A DNA stretch of 64,000 bases, from positions 243-64,242 of the forward strand of contig NZ_JAPKNM010000096.1 of the NCBI RefSeq assembly GCF_026460985.1. Reading direction: 5' to 3'. Under the pieces are notes generated by a model. That model was given only the letters and a program-made list of their open reading frames with translations, did no database searches and had not been told where the DNA came from. Of this stretch, positions 27,166-38,077 are shown in pieces; within the stretch, counting starts at the first letter, position 1, and each line of letters opens with the position of its first letter. This DNA comes from Sphingomonas sp. (GTDB lineage Bacteria > Pseudomonadota > Alphaproteobacteria > Sphingomonadales > Sphingomonadaceae). The position numbers and the translations under genes are program-made.

Positions 27166-28158
27166 ATGCATGTGACATCCGACACGCTGGGCCTGATCGG
27201 CAATACTCCGCTGGTGCGCCTCAAGGGCCCGAGCGAGGCGACCGGTTGCGACATCTTCGGCAAGTGCGAATTCGCCAATCCGGGCGCGTCGGTGAAGGAC
27301 CGGGCGGCGCTGTTCATCGTCCAGGACGCCGAGGAGCGCGGGCTGATCCAGCCCGGCGGGACGATCGTCGAGGGAACCGCGGGCAATACCGGCATCGGCC
27401 TGGCGCTGGTCGCCAACGCCAAGGGCTACCGCACGATCATCGTGATGCCCGAGACGCAGAGCCGCGAGAAGATGGACACGCTGCGCGCATTGGGCGCTGA
27501 GCTGGTGCTGGTGCCGGCGGCGCCCTATTCGAACCCCGGGCATTTCGTCCACACCTCGCGCCGCATCGCCGAGGAGACGCCCAACGCGATCTGGGCCAAC
27601 CAGTTCGACAATATCGCCAATCGCCGCGCGCACATCGTCGGCACCGCCGAGGAGATCTGGGCGCAGATGGAGGAGCGGGTCGACGGCTTCACCTGCTCGG
27701 TCGGAACCGGGGGCACGCTGGCGGGCGTGGGGCTGGGGCTCAAGGCCAAGGACGAGAAGGTCTGCATCGCGCTCAGCGATCCGCACGGCGCGGCGCTCTA
27801 CGATTATTATGCCTGTGGCGAGCTCCGGTCCGAGGGCAGCTCGGTCGCCGAAGGGATCGGGCAGGGGCGGATCACCGGAAACCTCGAGGGCGCGCCGGTC
27901 GACGCCCAGTTCCGCATCTCCGACGAGGAGGGGCTCGAATGGGTGCGCCGGCTGCTCGCCGAGGAGGGGCTGTGCCTGGGGCTCTCCTCGGGCATCAACG
28001 TCGCGGGCGCGGTGCGGCTGGCGAAGCAATTGGGGCCGGGCAAGCGCATCGCCACGATCCTGTGCGACACCGGGTTCCGCTACCTCTCGACGCTGTACAA
28101 TGGCGAGTGGCTGCGCACCAAGGGACTGCCCGTGCCGGAGTGGCTCGGCGGCGCCTGA
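27166..28158 (+). CDS. cysK: cysteine synthase (PLP-dependent, CysK/CysM family)
   Basis: IGNTPLVRL...EFANPGASVKDRAAL...EGTAGNTGIGLA...SVGTGGTLAG. Confidence 0.85.
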   Translation: MHVTSDTLGLIGNTPLVRLKGPSEATGCDIFGKCEFANPGASVKDRAALFIVQDAEERGLIQPGGTIVEGTAGNTGIGLALVANAKGYRTIIVMPETQSREKMDTLRALGAELVLVPAAPYSNPGHFVHTSRRIAEETPNAIWANQFDNIANRRAHIVGTAEEIWAQMEERVDGFTCSVGTGGTLAGVGLGLKAKDEKVCIALSDPHGAALYDYYACGELRSEGSSVAEGIGQGRITGNLEGAPVDAQFRISDEEGLEWVRRLLAEEGLCLGLSSGINVAGAVRLAKQLGPGKRIATILCDTGFRYLSTLYNGEWLRTKGLPVPEWLGGA

Positions 28159-28210
28159 CCTTCGCGCCTCGACAAGGCTGTGACGAGACGTTACCTTTAT
28201 CCCACAGCTT

Positions 28211-28516
28211 ATGAAGTCGGGATCGCAAGACTCAGCTCAGGCGATGCAGCGTGTCCGGGTCGGCATGACCGGACTGGCGATGGTGCTTGTCCTCATCGGA
28301 CTGGCCACCGCGATCTTTTCCTCGGCCAATCGCGACGAGCCGGTGACGGCGGTGGGCGCCCCCAATGCGTCGGTGGTCGCCAACATCATCATCGAGCCAG
28401 TCAACCTGGCGACCGAGAAGGAAAAGGACGAGCCGCTAGCCGAACTCGGCGTGGCGCCGAGCGCCTCTTCCACCGAGAGCCCGGCCGATGGCGCGGGCGG
28501 AACCGCGCAGCCCTGA
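28211..28516 (+). CDS. small membrane-anchored hypothetical protein
   Basis: Single TM helix, GMTGLAMVLVLIGLATAIF, followed by an acidic tail. Confidence 0.45.
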   Translation: MKSGSQDSAQAMQRVRVGMTGLAMVLVLIGLATAIFSSANRDEPVTAVGAPNASVVANIIIEPVNLATEKEKDEPLAELGVAPSASSTESPADGAGGTAQP

Positions 28517-28766
28517 CCTACCGATATTGACGGGATGACGCGGGCGGCGCGGGGACGCGACCGCACGAGTCGCGCGCGTTCTGCACCTTCGCGCGTCGGT
28601 GAATAGCGGGTTCGCGGGCCGTACTTCCAGACCAACGATCTGAAATATCTCAAGAAAATTTGTCTCTGCCGGGTTCAGGCCTCTGTCCGAGCGCAATCCG
28701 GCCGTCTGGAGAAACGTAAATAGAACATACTATGATCTTGAGTAGAACACGGCGATTTTTAGGAGC

Positions 28767-28800
28767 AAAGTGGGGCAAATTCCCCCTAAATCCCCACTTT
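28767..28800. promoter_or_regulatory. candidate MraZ operator (phased GGGG/CCCC blocks, inverted AAAGTGGGG)
   Basis: AAAGTGGGGC AAATTCCCCC TAAATCCCCA CTTT has 10-nt periodicity. AAGTGGGG and CCCCACTT form a perfect 8-nt inverted repeat. The site is about 125 nt upstream of mraZ in an AT-rich spacer. Confidence 0.5.
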
Positions 28801-28923
28801 ACCCGTTGTGTCCCGGCGTACTTTGTGATCAAAGGAGATGCTTAAGGGGGCACGAACCCTTTTCACCGTGAGATCACAGCGCCGGAGGCGGCAGGAAATC
28901 GCGATTCCGGAAACGGGGAAGGC

Positions 28924-29430
28924 GTGCCCAAAAGGGGTTTGGGCGTGGCGGATAGGGAGCTCTTCGAAGGATTTGCGCTCCAGGCGGTGGACCAGAAGGG
29001 TCGTGTCGCCATTCCCGCAGACCTGCGCGCCGCCGCCGAACGCAATTCCGACATTCGTCAGATCGTCGTGGGCCTCCACCCGGAGGATCCGTGCCTCTCC
29101 GCGCACGATCTGAGCTGGTCGAAAGAGAAGTATGACCGGCTCGATCGCAAGGAGGCGCTTGCCGAGGAGCGCGGCTCCGAGGTCGACACCCGCGCCAAGC
29201 GCCGCGCCTTCGGCCAGGTCGAAAAGGCGCCCTTCGACGACTCGGGCCGCTTCGTGATCCCGCCCTTCTTCCGCATGAAGGCGAAGATCGGGAAGTGGGC
29301 CTTCTTCAACGGATCGGGCGAGACGTTCGACGTCTGGGCCCCCGAAGTGCTGCTCGCCGACGACAATGCCGATCCGGGCCTGCGCGAGATCTGCGAATAT
29401 CTCTGCCAATCCAAGGGCGTGAAGCTGTGA
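28924..29430 (+). CDS. mraZ: transcriptional regulator MraZ
   Basis: Two SpoVT/AbrB-like halves ([14 protein letters not shown]; [14 protein letters not shown]). GTG start (alternative GTG at 28945). Confidence 0.85.
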   Translation: MPKRGLGVADRELFEGFALQAVDQKGRVAIPADLRAAAERNSDIRQIVVGLHPEDPCLSAHDLSWSKEKYDRLDRKEALAEERGSEVDTRAKRRAFGQVEKAPFDDSGRFVIPPFFRMKAKIGKWAFFNGSGETFDVWAPEVLLADDNADPGLREICEYLCQSKGVKL

Positions 29431-30371
29431 GCGCGCCCCACATCCCCGTGCTGCTCGACGAAGTGGTCGACGGCCTCGCCATCGTGCCCGGCGAGCGCCA
29501 TGTCGACGCGACGTTCGGCGCGGGCGGCTACACCAACGCCATCCTCGAGCGGGGTGCCGAGGTGGCCGCCTTCGATCGCGACCCCCAGGCGATCGAGGGC
29601 GGCCAAACCTTGGTGGCGAAGGCAGGCGGGCGGCTGATCCTGATCGAGGCGCCGTTCAGCCAGATGGAAGGCGAGTTGGCGCGGCGCGGGATGACGCCGG
29701 TGGACGGCGTGACGATGGATATCGGCGTCTCGTCGATGCAGCTCGACCAGGCCGATCGCGGATTCTCGTTCCAGGCCGACGGTCCGCTCGACATGCGGAT
29801 GAGCCAGTCCGGGATGACCGCCGAGGAGTGGCTCAACACCGCCGACGAAGAAGAGATCGCTAACGTTTTATTTAACTTTGGCGAGGAGCCGAAGTCCCGC
29901 CGAGTCGCCCGCGCGATCGTCTCCGCACGACCCCTTAAGCGGACTTCCGAACTGGCGAACGTGGTTAGAAAATCATTAAACCATAAACACTACGACAAGA
30001 AGGACCCGGCCACCCGGACCTTTCAGGCGATCCGCATCCACCTCAACCGCGAGCTCGACGAGCTCGCGGAAGGTCTCGCTGCGGCCGAGCGCGTGCTCAA
30101 GCCCGGAGGCCGGCTGGCGGTGGTCACCTTCCACTCGCTCGAGGACCGCATGGTGAAGCGGTTCCTGCGCGAGCGCAGTGGCAGCGAGCCCGCGGGTTCG
30201 CGGCATCGTCCGATGGCAGGCCCCCGGGCCGCGCCGAGTTTCGAGGCTCCCGCCAAGGCCGTCCGGCCCGGCGAGGAGGAAGTGGCGCGTAACCCGCGCG
30301 CCCGGTCTGCGACGCTGCGCGTGGCGCGTCGGACGGCCGCGGCGCCTTGGGACAGTGAGGGAGTGAGCTGA
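29427..30371 (+). CDS. rsmH: 16S rRNA (cytosine1402-N4)-methyltransferase
   Basis: [10 protein letters not shown]...[10 protein letters not shown]...[15 protein letters not shown]...[16 protein letters not shown] overlaps the mraZ stop. Confidence 0.9.
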   Translation: MSAPHIPVLLDEVVDGLAIVPGERHVDATFGAGGYTNAILERGAEVAAFDRDPQAIEGGQTLVAKAGGRLILIEAPFSQMEGELARRGMTPVDGVTMDIGVSSMQLDQADRGFSFQADGPLDMRMSQSGMTAEEWLNTADEEEIANVLFNFGEEPKSRRVARAIVSARPLKRTSELANVVRKSLNHKHYDKKDPATRTFQAIRIHLNRELDELAEGLAAAERVLKPGGRLAVVTFHSLEDRMVKRFLRERSGSEPAGSRHRPMAGPRAAPSFEAPAKAVRPGEEEVARNPRARSATLRVARRTAAAPWDSEGVS

Positions 30372-30943
30372 TGGGAGTGCGAGGCTTCAAGGGACTGGGA
30401 TGGTTCCTGTGCGGCGCTGTCGTGGCGCCCGCATGCTATCTCGTCAATTCGCACGGCGCCGCCGAACAGGCGAAGCTGAACGCGACGCGGCTGGCGATCG
30501 TCCAGGCGCAGCGCGACATCCGCAGCCTCGAGACCGAGTTCAACACGCGCGCCAACCTCGCCCAGCTCGAGCGCTGGAACGGCGAGGTGCTGGCACTCGC
30601 CGCGCCGGCGCCGCAGCAATATCTGGCGGGCGAGACCGCGCTGGCCAGCCTCGGCCAGCAGCCCGCCGACATTCAGGTCGCCGCATTGGTGATGCCGGCC
30701 GGCGCACCCGCGCCGCAGACTGCCGCCGCGACGATGGCGCCCGCCGCCAATCCGGTGCAGGGCGCGCCGCAAGTAGCCGCTGTCGCCACGAAGAGCGTGG
30801 CGCAGCAGGATGGGGAGCTTCGCAAGCTGATGAAGAAGGCAGACCGCCAGGCGATCGCCTCGGTGGATCGCGGCGTATTGAGCGCGTCGACGATGGAAGA
30901 TCTGCAGAAGCTGGCGAAGCGCGAGAAATTGGCGCTGCGTTGA
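30371..30943 (+). CDS. ftsL: cell-division protein FtsL-like
   Basis: Sits between rsmH and ftsI. Single TM helix (GLGWFLCGAVVAPACYLV) followed by a coiled coil. Confidence 0.65.
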   Translation: MGVRGFKGLGWFLCGAVVAPACYLVNSHGAAEQAKLNATRLAIVQAQRDIRSLETEFNTRANLAQLERWNGEVLALAAPAPQQYLAGETALASLGQQPADIQVAALVMPAGAPAPQTAAATMAPAANPVQGAPQVAAVATKSVAQQDGELRKLMKKADRQAIASVDRGVLSASTMEDLQKLAKREKLALR

Positions 30944-32643
30944 TCGTCGTCGTCGCCCCGCCGGCCCGGCAGGGTCGTACGGGCGGTGCCCGTCAGGCGC
31001 TCGTCGCCATCGCCCAGCTGCGGCTTATGGTGCTGTCGCTGCTGTTCGGCTTCGGCATGCTGGTCGTGGTCGGCAAGCTCGCCTTGCTCGCGCTCTGGGC
31101 CGAGCCCGCCACCGCGCGCGACATCGCCGCATCCCTGATCCCGCCGCGCGGCGACATCGTCGACCGCAACGGCGCGCCGCTCGCGCGCAGCATCGAGGCC
31201 TGGTCGATCGCGGTGCACCCCAACCAGGTGATCGGCGACAAGACCGCGCTCGCCGAGCGGCTGGCCGAGCTGATCCCCGACAAGAGCGCCGGCGATTATT
31301 ACGCCCTGCTGAGTTCGGGCAGCAGCTTCGCCTATCTCAAGCGCCGGGCGATGCCCGAGCTGGTGACCGCGGTGAACGCGCTCGGCGAGCCGGGCATGGA
31401 GTTCCAGCGCGAGCCTGACCGGCTCTATCCGCAATCCAACATGGCCGCGCACGTCCTCGGCTTTCTCGACGCCCAGGGGCGCGGGGTCTCCGGGATGGAG
31501 AAGGTGCTCGAGAAGCATCTGAGCGATCCGGCCAAGCGCGGCGCTCCGGTGGCGCTGTCGATCGACGCGCGCGTCCAGGCTGCGCTCGAGAACGAGCTGG
31601 GTCGCGCGATGGCCGACCTGCAGGCGCGCGGCGCGGCGGGAGTGATCCTCGACGTGCGCACCGGCGAAGTGCTCGCGATGACTTCGCTGCCCAGCTTCAA
31701 TCCCAATGCGCTGCCGGGCGCGGCGCCGCCCAACAACGTCACCCAGAGCGTCTACGAGCTCGGCTCCACCTTCAAGCCGCTCGCGGTCGCCGCGGCGATC
31801 GATTCGGGCGCGATCACGTCGATGACGCGACGCTTCGACGCGACCAAGCCGCTGCACATCGGGCGCTTCTCGATCAACGACGATCCGGGCGACGAGCAGT
31901 TCCGCTGGCTCAACATCCCCGAGACGCTCGTCTTTTCGTCCAACATCGCCACCGCGCGGATCGCCGACGAACTGGGCGCGGCGCGGATGCAGGACCTGTT
32001 CCGCAGGCTGGGCTTCGACCGGCGGCCCGATATCGAGCTGGGCGGCGCGCGTCCGCTCTGGCCGAACTTCTGGGGCCGGCTGACGGTGATGACCACGGCT
32101 TATGGCCACGGCATCGCGGTGACGCCGCTGCATCTCGCCAATGCCTATGCGGTGATGGTCAATGGCGGCATCTTGCGGCCGACCACCTTGCTCAAGGTCG
32201 ATCCGAACAACGTTCCTGCCGGGCAGCGCGCGCTGAAGGAATCGACCAGCGCGCGGATGCGCCAGCTGCTCCGGCTGATCGTGACCAAGGGCACCGGCCG
32301 CAAGGCCGACGCGCCGGGCTTCCGCGTCGCCGGCAAGACGGGCACTGCCGAGGCGGCGTCGGTGGGTGGATACGACAAGCATCGCAACGTCTCGACCTTC
32401 GCGGCGGCTTTCCCAATCGACGCGCCACGCTATGTGGTGGTCGCCATGCTCGACTCGCCCAAGGCCAATGCCAACACGCCGCGCACGACCGCGGGCTGGA
32501 CTGCCGCGCCCGTCGTAGGACGCGTGGTTACCCGCACCGGCGCATTGCTGGGGGTGACCCCCGACAACAACCGCGACATCGACGAGAGCGACCTGCTCCC
32601 GCTGATCTGGGAAGGGCCGGAAGCGCAGAAGGCGGCCCGGTGA
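30940..32643 (+). CDS. ftsI: peptidoglycan D,D-transpeptidase FtsI (PBP3)
   Basis: N-terminal TM helix. STFK (ELGSTFKP), SSN (FSSN) and KTGT (AGKTGTA) motifs. Putative TTG start overlaps the ftsL stop, and the start is uncertain. Confidence 0.85.
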   Translation: MIVVVAPPARQGRTGGARQALVAIAQLRLMVLSLLFGFGMLVVVGKLALLALWAEPATARDIAASLIPPRGDIVDRNGAPLARSIEAWSIAVHPNQVIGDKTALAERLAELIPDKSAGDYYALLSSGSSFAYLKRRAMPELVTAVNALGEPGMEFQREPDRLYPQSNMAAHVLGFLDAQGRGVSGMEKVLEKHLSDPAKRGAPVALSIDARVQAALENELGRAMADLQARGAAGVILDVRTGEVLAMTSLPSFNPNALPGAAPPNNVTQSVYELGSTFKPLAVAAAIDSGAITSMTRRFDATKPLHIGRFSINDDPGDEQFRWLNIPETLVFSSNIATARIADELGAARMQDLFRRLGFDRRPDIELGGARPLWPNFWGRLTVMTTAYGHGIAVTPLHLANAYAVMVNGGILRPTTLLKVDPNNVPAGQRALKESTSARMRQLLRLIVTKGTGRKADAPGFRVAGKTGTAEAASVGGYDKHRNVSTFAAAFPIDAPRYVVVAMLDSPKANANTPRTTAGWTAAPVVGRVVTRTGALLGVTPDNNRDIDESDLLPLIWEGPEAQKAAR

Positions 32644-34055
32644 GGCTGGGCGTACTGACCGGCGGCGACGAGACCGCTGCGATCACCGGATTCGCGATCG
32701 ATCACCGCAAGGTTGCGCCGGGAACGGTGTTCGGCGCCTTCGAGGGCGCGCGGGTCAATGGCGAGGACTTCATCCCGGCGGCGGTGAAGGCCGGCGCGGT
32801 GGCGATCGTCGCGCGGCCCGAGGCGGTGGTCGAGGGGGCGGTGCACATCGCGGACATCAACCCGCGCGAGCGCTTCGCCCGGCTGGCGGCGCAGTTCTTC
32901 GCGCCCTTCCCCGAGACCGCGGTCGCGGTGACGGGCACCAACGGCAAGACCTCCACCGTCGAGATGACGCGCCAATTGTGGCGGATGGCGGGGCAGCATG
33001 CGGCGTCGATCGGGACGCTGGGGGTGACCACGTCCGACGATACCGTCTCGACCGGGCTGACCACGCCCGATGTGGTGACCTTCCTCGCCAATGTCGCGGG
33101 GCTCGCGCGCGAGGGCGTCAGCCATGTGGCGTTCGAGGCCTCGAGCCACGGCCTGTCGCAATATCGCACCGAGGGGCTGCCGGTGCGCGCGGCGGCGTTC
33201 ACCAATCTGAGCCGCGACCATCTCGACTATCACGGCGACATGGCGGCCTATTTCCACGCCAAGCTCCGCCTCTTCGCCGACGTGCTCGACATGGACGGCG
33301 CCGCGGTGGTCTGGGCCGACGATCCGCATGCGATGCGGGTGGAGGAACTCGCGCGGATGCGCGGCAACAAGCTGATCACGGTGGGCGAGCATGGCGAGAC
33401 GCTGAGGCTCGTCGGGCGCGACCCGACCTTGCTGGGGCAGGGGCTGACGATCGAGGCCGAGGGCAGGACGCACAAGGTGATGCTGCCGCTGATCGGCGCG
33501 TACCAGGCGGCCAATGCGCTGACCGCGGCGGGGCTGGTGATCGCGACGGGCGGCGATGTGGGGACCACGCTTGCCAATCTGGCGCGGCTGCAGCCGGTGC
33601 GCGGGCGGCTCGAGCGCGCGGTGATCACGCGCAGCGGCGCGCCGGTCTATGTCGATTATGCGCATACCCCCGACGCGCTCGAGGCGGCGATCGCGGCATT
33701 GAAGCCGCATACCAGCGGGCGGCTGATCCTCGTCTTCGGCGCGGGCGGGGATCGCGATACCGGCAAGCGCGAGCCGATGGGGCAGGCCGCGGCGGCGGGC
33801 GCCGACGTGGTGATCGTCACCGACGACAACCCGCGTACCGAGGATCCGGCGGCGATCCGCGCTGAGGTGCTGAAAGGCGCTCCGCAAGCGACCGAGATCG
33901 GCGGGCGGCGCGAGGCGATCGCGGCGGCGGTCGCCATGGCCGGAGCCGAGGATATCGTGCTGATAGCAGGCAAGGGGCACGAGCAGGGCCAGATCGTCGG
34001 CGATAGCGTGCTTCCTTTCGACGATGTGAGCGTTGCCCGGGAATGCGCGGCGTGA
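32640..34055 (+). CDS. murE: UDP-MurNAc-L-Ala-D-Glu--2,6-diaminopimelate ligase
   Basis: VTGTNGKTST P-loop. Mur ligase middle and C-terminal domains. DNPR motif (VTDDNPRTEDP). Confidence 0.9.
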   Translation: MRLGVLTGGDETAAITGFAIDHRKVAPGTVFGAFEGARVNGEDFIPAAVKAGAVAIVARPEAVVEGAVHIADINPRERFARLAAQFFAPFPETAVAVTGTNGKTSTVEMTRQLWRMAGQHAASIGTLGVTTSDDTVSTGLTTPDVVTFLANVAGLAREGVSHVAFEASSHGLSQYRTEGLPVRAAAFTNLSRDHLDYHGDMAAYFHAKLRLFADVLDMDGAAVVWADDPHAMRVEELARMRGNKLITVGEHGETLRLVGRDPTLLGQGLTIEAEGRTHKVMLPLIGAYQAANALTAAGLVIATGGDVGTTLANLARLQPVRGRLERAVITRSGAPVYVDYAHTPDALEAAIAALKPHTSGRLILVFGAGGDRDTGKREPMGQAAAAGADVVIVTDDNPRTEDPAAIRAEVLKGAPQATEIGGRREAIAAAVAMAGAEDIVLIAGKGHEQGQIVGDSVLPFDDVSVARECAA

Positions 34056-34072
34056 GGGATCTTCTTACTTCA

Positions 34073-34244
34073 AGCCCCTCCCCTTCAGGGGAGGATCAAT
34101 CGGGTCGAAATGCCCCCCGGGCATTTCTGAAGCAGGCCGGGGGCCTGCTTCACCCGATTGATGGGGTGGGGCCTGTCCGTCTCACCGAGACCTTTCGCCT
34201 GCCGCACTGCCCCACCCCAACCCCTCCCCTGAAGGGGAGGGGCT
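34073..34244. repeat. family-A palindromic element carrying a nested 68-nt family-C palindrome (34095..34162)
   Basis: Ends AGCCCCTCCCCTTCAGGGGAGG... and ...CCCCTCCCCTGAAGGGGAGGGGCT. The nested unit is ATCAATCGGGT...ACCCGATTGAT with two perfect hairpins. The first 102 nt are identical to the copy at 42000. Confidence 0.85.
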
Positions 34245-34245
34245 T

Positions 34246-35624
<1,379 letters not shown>

Positions 35625-35625
<1 letters not shown>

Positions 35626-36695
35626 TGCTCTACTGGATCGCGGAACAGCTGGGCTTCCCCGGCGTCCTCAATCTCTTCCGCTATCTCTCGTTCCGCACCG
35701 GCGCGGCGGTCGCCACCGCCTTGCTGCTCGGGCTTATCATCGGGCCCAGGTTCATCGGCTGGCTGCGCCTCCGCCAGGGCAAGGGGCAGCCGATCCGCAG
35801 CGACGGGCCGCAGAGCCACCTCGCCAAGCGCGGCACGCCGACGATGGGCGGGCTGATGATCCTCACCAGCCTCATGATCTCGCTGTTCCTGTGGATGAAC
35901 CTCGCCAACCCGCTGGTCTGGGCGTGCATGTTCGTCACCTTCGGCTTCGGCGCGATCGGCTTCCTCGACGACTATGACAAGGTGCGCAAGGCGAGCACGG
36001 CGGGCGTATCGGGCAGGGTGCGGCTGCTCGGCGAGTTCGTGATCGCGGGCATCGCCAGCTGGGTGATCATCGGGCAGACGGGCACGCAGCTCTACGTGCC
36101 CTTCTTCGCCTGGATCCACCCCGATCTCGGCTGGTTCTACATCCCCTTCGCGGCCTTCACGATCGTCGCGTTCGGCAATGCGGTGAACCTCACCGACGGG
36201 CTCGACGGGCTCGCGACGATGCCGGTGGTGATCGCCAGCATGGCGTTCATGCTGATCGCCTACATCGCGGGCAACAAGGTGTTCGCGACCTATCTGGGCA
36301 TCCCGCACGTGCCGGGCGCGGGCGACCTGGCGATCTTCTGCGGCGCGATCGTCGGCGCGGGGCTCGCCTTCCTGTGGTTCAACGCGCCCCCGGCGGCGGT
36401 GTTCATGGGCGATACCGGCAGCCTGGCGCTCGGCGGCGCGCTCGGCGCGATCGCGGTGTCGTCGCAGCACGAGCTGGTGCTCGGCATCATCGGCGGGCTG
36501 TTCGTCGTCGAGGCGCTGAGCGTGATCATCCAGGTGTTCTTCTTCAAGCGCACCGGCAAGCGCGTCTTCAAGATGGCGCCGATCCACCATCATTTCGAAC
36601 AGCTCGGCTGGTCGGAGCCGACGGTGGTGATCCGCTTCTGGATCATCGCATTCGTGCTGGCGCTGGCGGGGCTCTCGACGCTGAAGCTGCGGTGA
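35625..36695 (+). CDS. mraY: phospho-MurNAc-pentapeptide translocase
   Basis: Ten-TM profile. [24 protein letters not shown] motifs. Confidence 0.9.
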
Positions 36696-38077
36696 TCACG
36701 TGTCCCGCCTGGCGCGGCAAACGCTATGCGGTGCTCGGACTTGCGCGGTCGGGGCTGACGACGGTCGATGCGCTGTTAGCGTCGGGCGCGGGCGTTGTGG
36801 CTTGGGATGCGAAGGAGGAAGCGCGGGACGCTCTTCTAGCCCCTCCCCTTCAGGGGAGGGGTTGGGGTGGGGCAGTGCCGCAGGCCGACCGCCCGTTGAC
36901 AGGCCCCACCCCCAACCCCTCCCCTGAAGGGGAGGGGCTTAAGATTGCCGATCCGCTGGAGATCGATCTCGCCGGTTTCGCGGGCGTGGTCGTCTCCCCC
37001 GGGGTTCCCCTCAACAAGCACCCGATCGCCGCCAAGGCGCGCGACGCGGGCGTGCCGGTCATCGGCGATATCGAGCTGTTCGCCCAGGCCCGGGCCGAAC
37101 TTCCGCCGCACAAGGTCGTCGGGATTACCGGGACCAACGGCAAGTCGACCACCACCGCGCTGATCGATCATATCGCCCGCACCGCTGGGCTGCCGAGCCT
37201 CGCGGGCGGCAATATCGGGCTGCCGATCCTCGGGCGCGATCCGCTCCCCGAGGGCGGCGTCTATGTGCTCGAGCTGTCGAGCTACCAGATCGACCTGAGC
37301 TTCAGCCTCGACTGCGACGTAGCGGTGCTGCTCAACATCACGCCTGACCATCTCGACCGCTATGACGGGTTCGAAGGCTATGCCGCGTCCAAGGCGCGGC
37401 TGTTCGCGATGCAGTCCAAGGGGCATGCCGCGGTGATCGGCATTGGCGATGCGCCCTCGGCGAACATCGCGCGGCAGGTGGCGCTGTCGGGCCGCAGCGA
37501 GGACCTGACCAAGATCGCGCCGGGCGTGTGCATGGACCAGTCGCGCTGGCCGACGCTGCAGGGGCCGCACAACGCGCAGAACGCACTCGCCGCGATCGCG
37601 GCCTGCGAGGCGTTGGGCATCGACAAGGAAGCGATCGACCGCGGGCTAGAAACCTTCCCCGGCCTGCCGCACCGGATGGAGCGCGTCGCGACGCGGAACG
37701 GGGTGCTGTTCGTCAACGACAGCAAGGCGACCAATGCCGATTCCACCACGCCGGCGCTCTCGGCCTATCCGAAGGTCCACTGGATCCTCGGCGGGCTCGC
37801 CAAGACCGACAGCCTCGAGGCGTGCCGGCCGGGCTTCGGCCATGTCGTCAAGGCGTACACGATCGGCGATGCGGGCGAGCTGTTCGCGTCGCTCCTCGAA
37901 GGCGAGATGCCGGTCGAGCGTTCGGGTACCCTCGAGGCTGCGGTGCGGAGCGCCGCGGCGCAGGCGCAGCCGGGCGAGACCGTCCTGCTCTCGCCGGCTT
38001 GCGCCTCGTTCGACCAGTTCAAGGATTATGAGGCACGCGGCCAGGCGTTCCGCGACGCAGTGAGCGCGCTCGGATGA
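36692..38077 (+). CDS. murD: UDP-MurNAc-L-Ala--D-Glu ligase, carrying a 34-aa repeat-derived insertion
   Basis: GTG overlaps the mraY stop. [10 protein letters not shown] Rossmann motif, [11 protein letters not shown]-loop, NDSKATN. The 102-nt element lies in frame at 36838..36939. Confidence 0.85.
   Translation: MITCPAWRGKRYAVLGLARSGLTTVDALLASGAGVVAWDAKEEARDALLAPPLQGRGWGGAVPQADRPLTGPTPNPSPEGEGLKIADPLEIDLAGFAGVVVSPGVPLNKHPIAAKARDAGVPVIGDIELFAQARAELPPHKVVGITGTNGKSTTTALIDHIARTAGLPSLAGGNIGLPILGRDPLPEGGVYVLELSSYQIDLSFSLDCDVAVLLNITPDHLDRYDGFEGYAASKARLFAMQSKGHAAVIGIGDAPSANIARQVALSGRSEDLTKIAPGVCMDQSRWPTLQGPHNAQNALAAIAACEALGIDKEAIDRGLETFPGLPHRMERVATRNGVLFVNDSKATNADSTTPALSAYPKVHWILGGLAKTDSLEACRPGFGHVVKAYTIGDAGELFASLLEGEMPVERSGTLEAAVRSAAAQAQPGETVLLSPACASFDQFKDYEARGQAFRDAVSALG
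36838..36939. repeat. family-A palindromic element (short form) inside murD
   Basis: Perfect 24-nt terminal inverted repeats, AGCCCCTCCCCTTCAGGGGAGGGG and CCCCTCCCCTGAAGGGGAGGGGCT. 102 nt in total. Confidence 0.85.

Noticed and set aside
28198-28207. DnaA-box-like TTATCCCACA upstream of the small membrane-protein gene
   Set aside because: It has one extra C relative to TTATCCACA, it is a single isolated copy, and nothing in the context suggests an origin.
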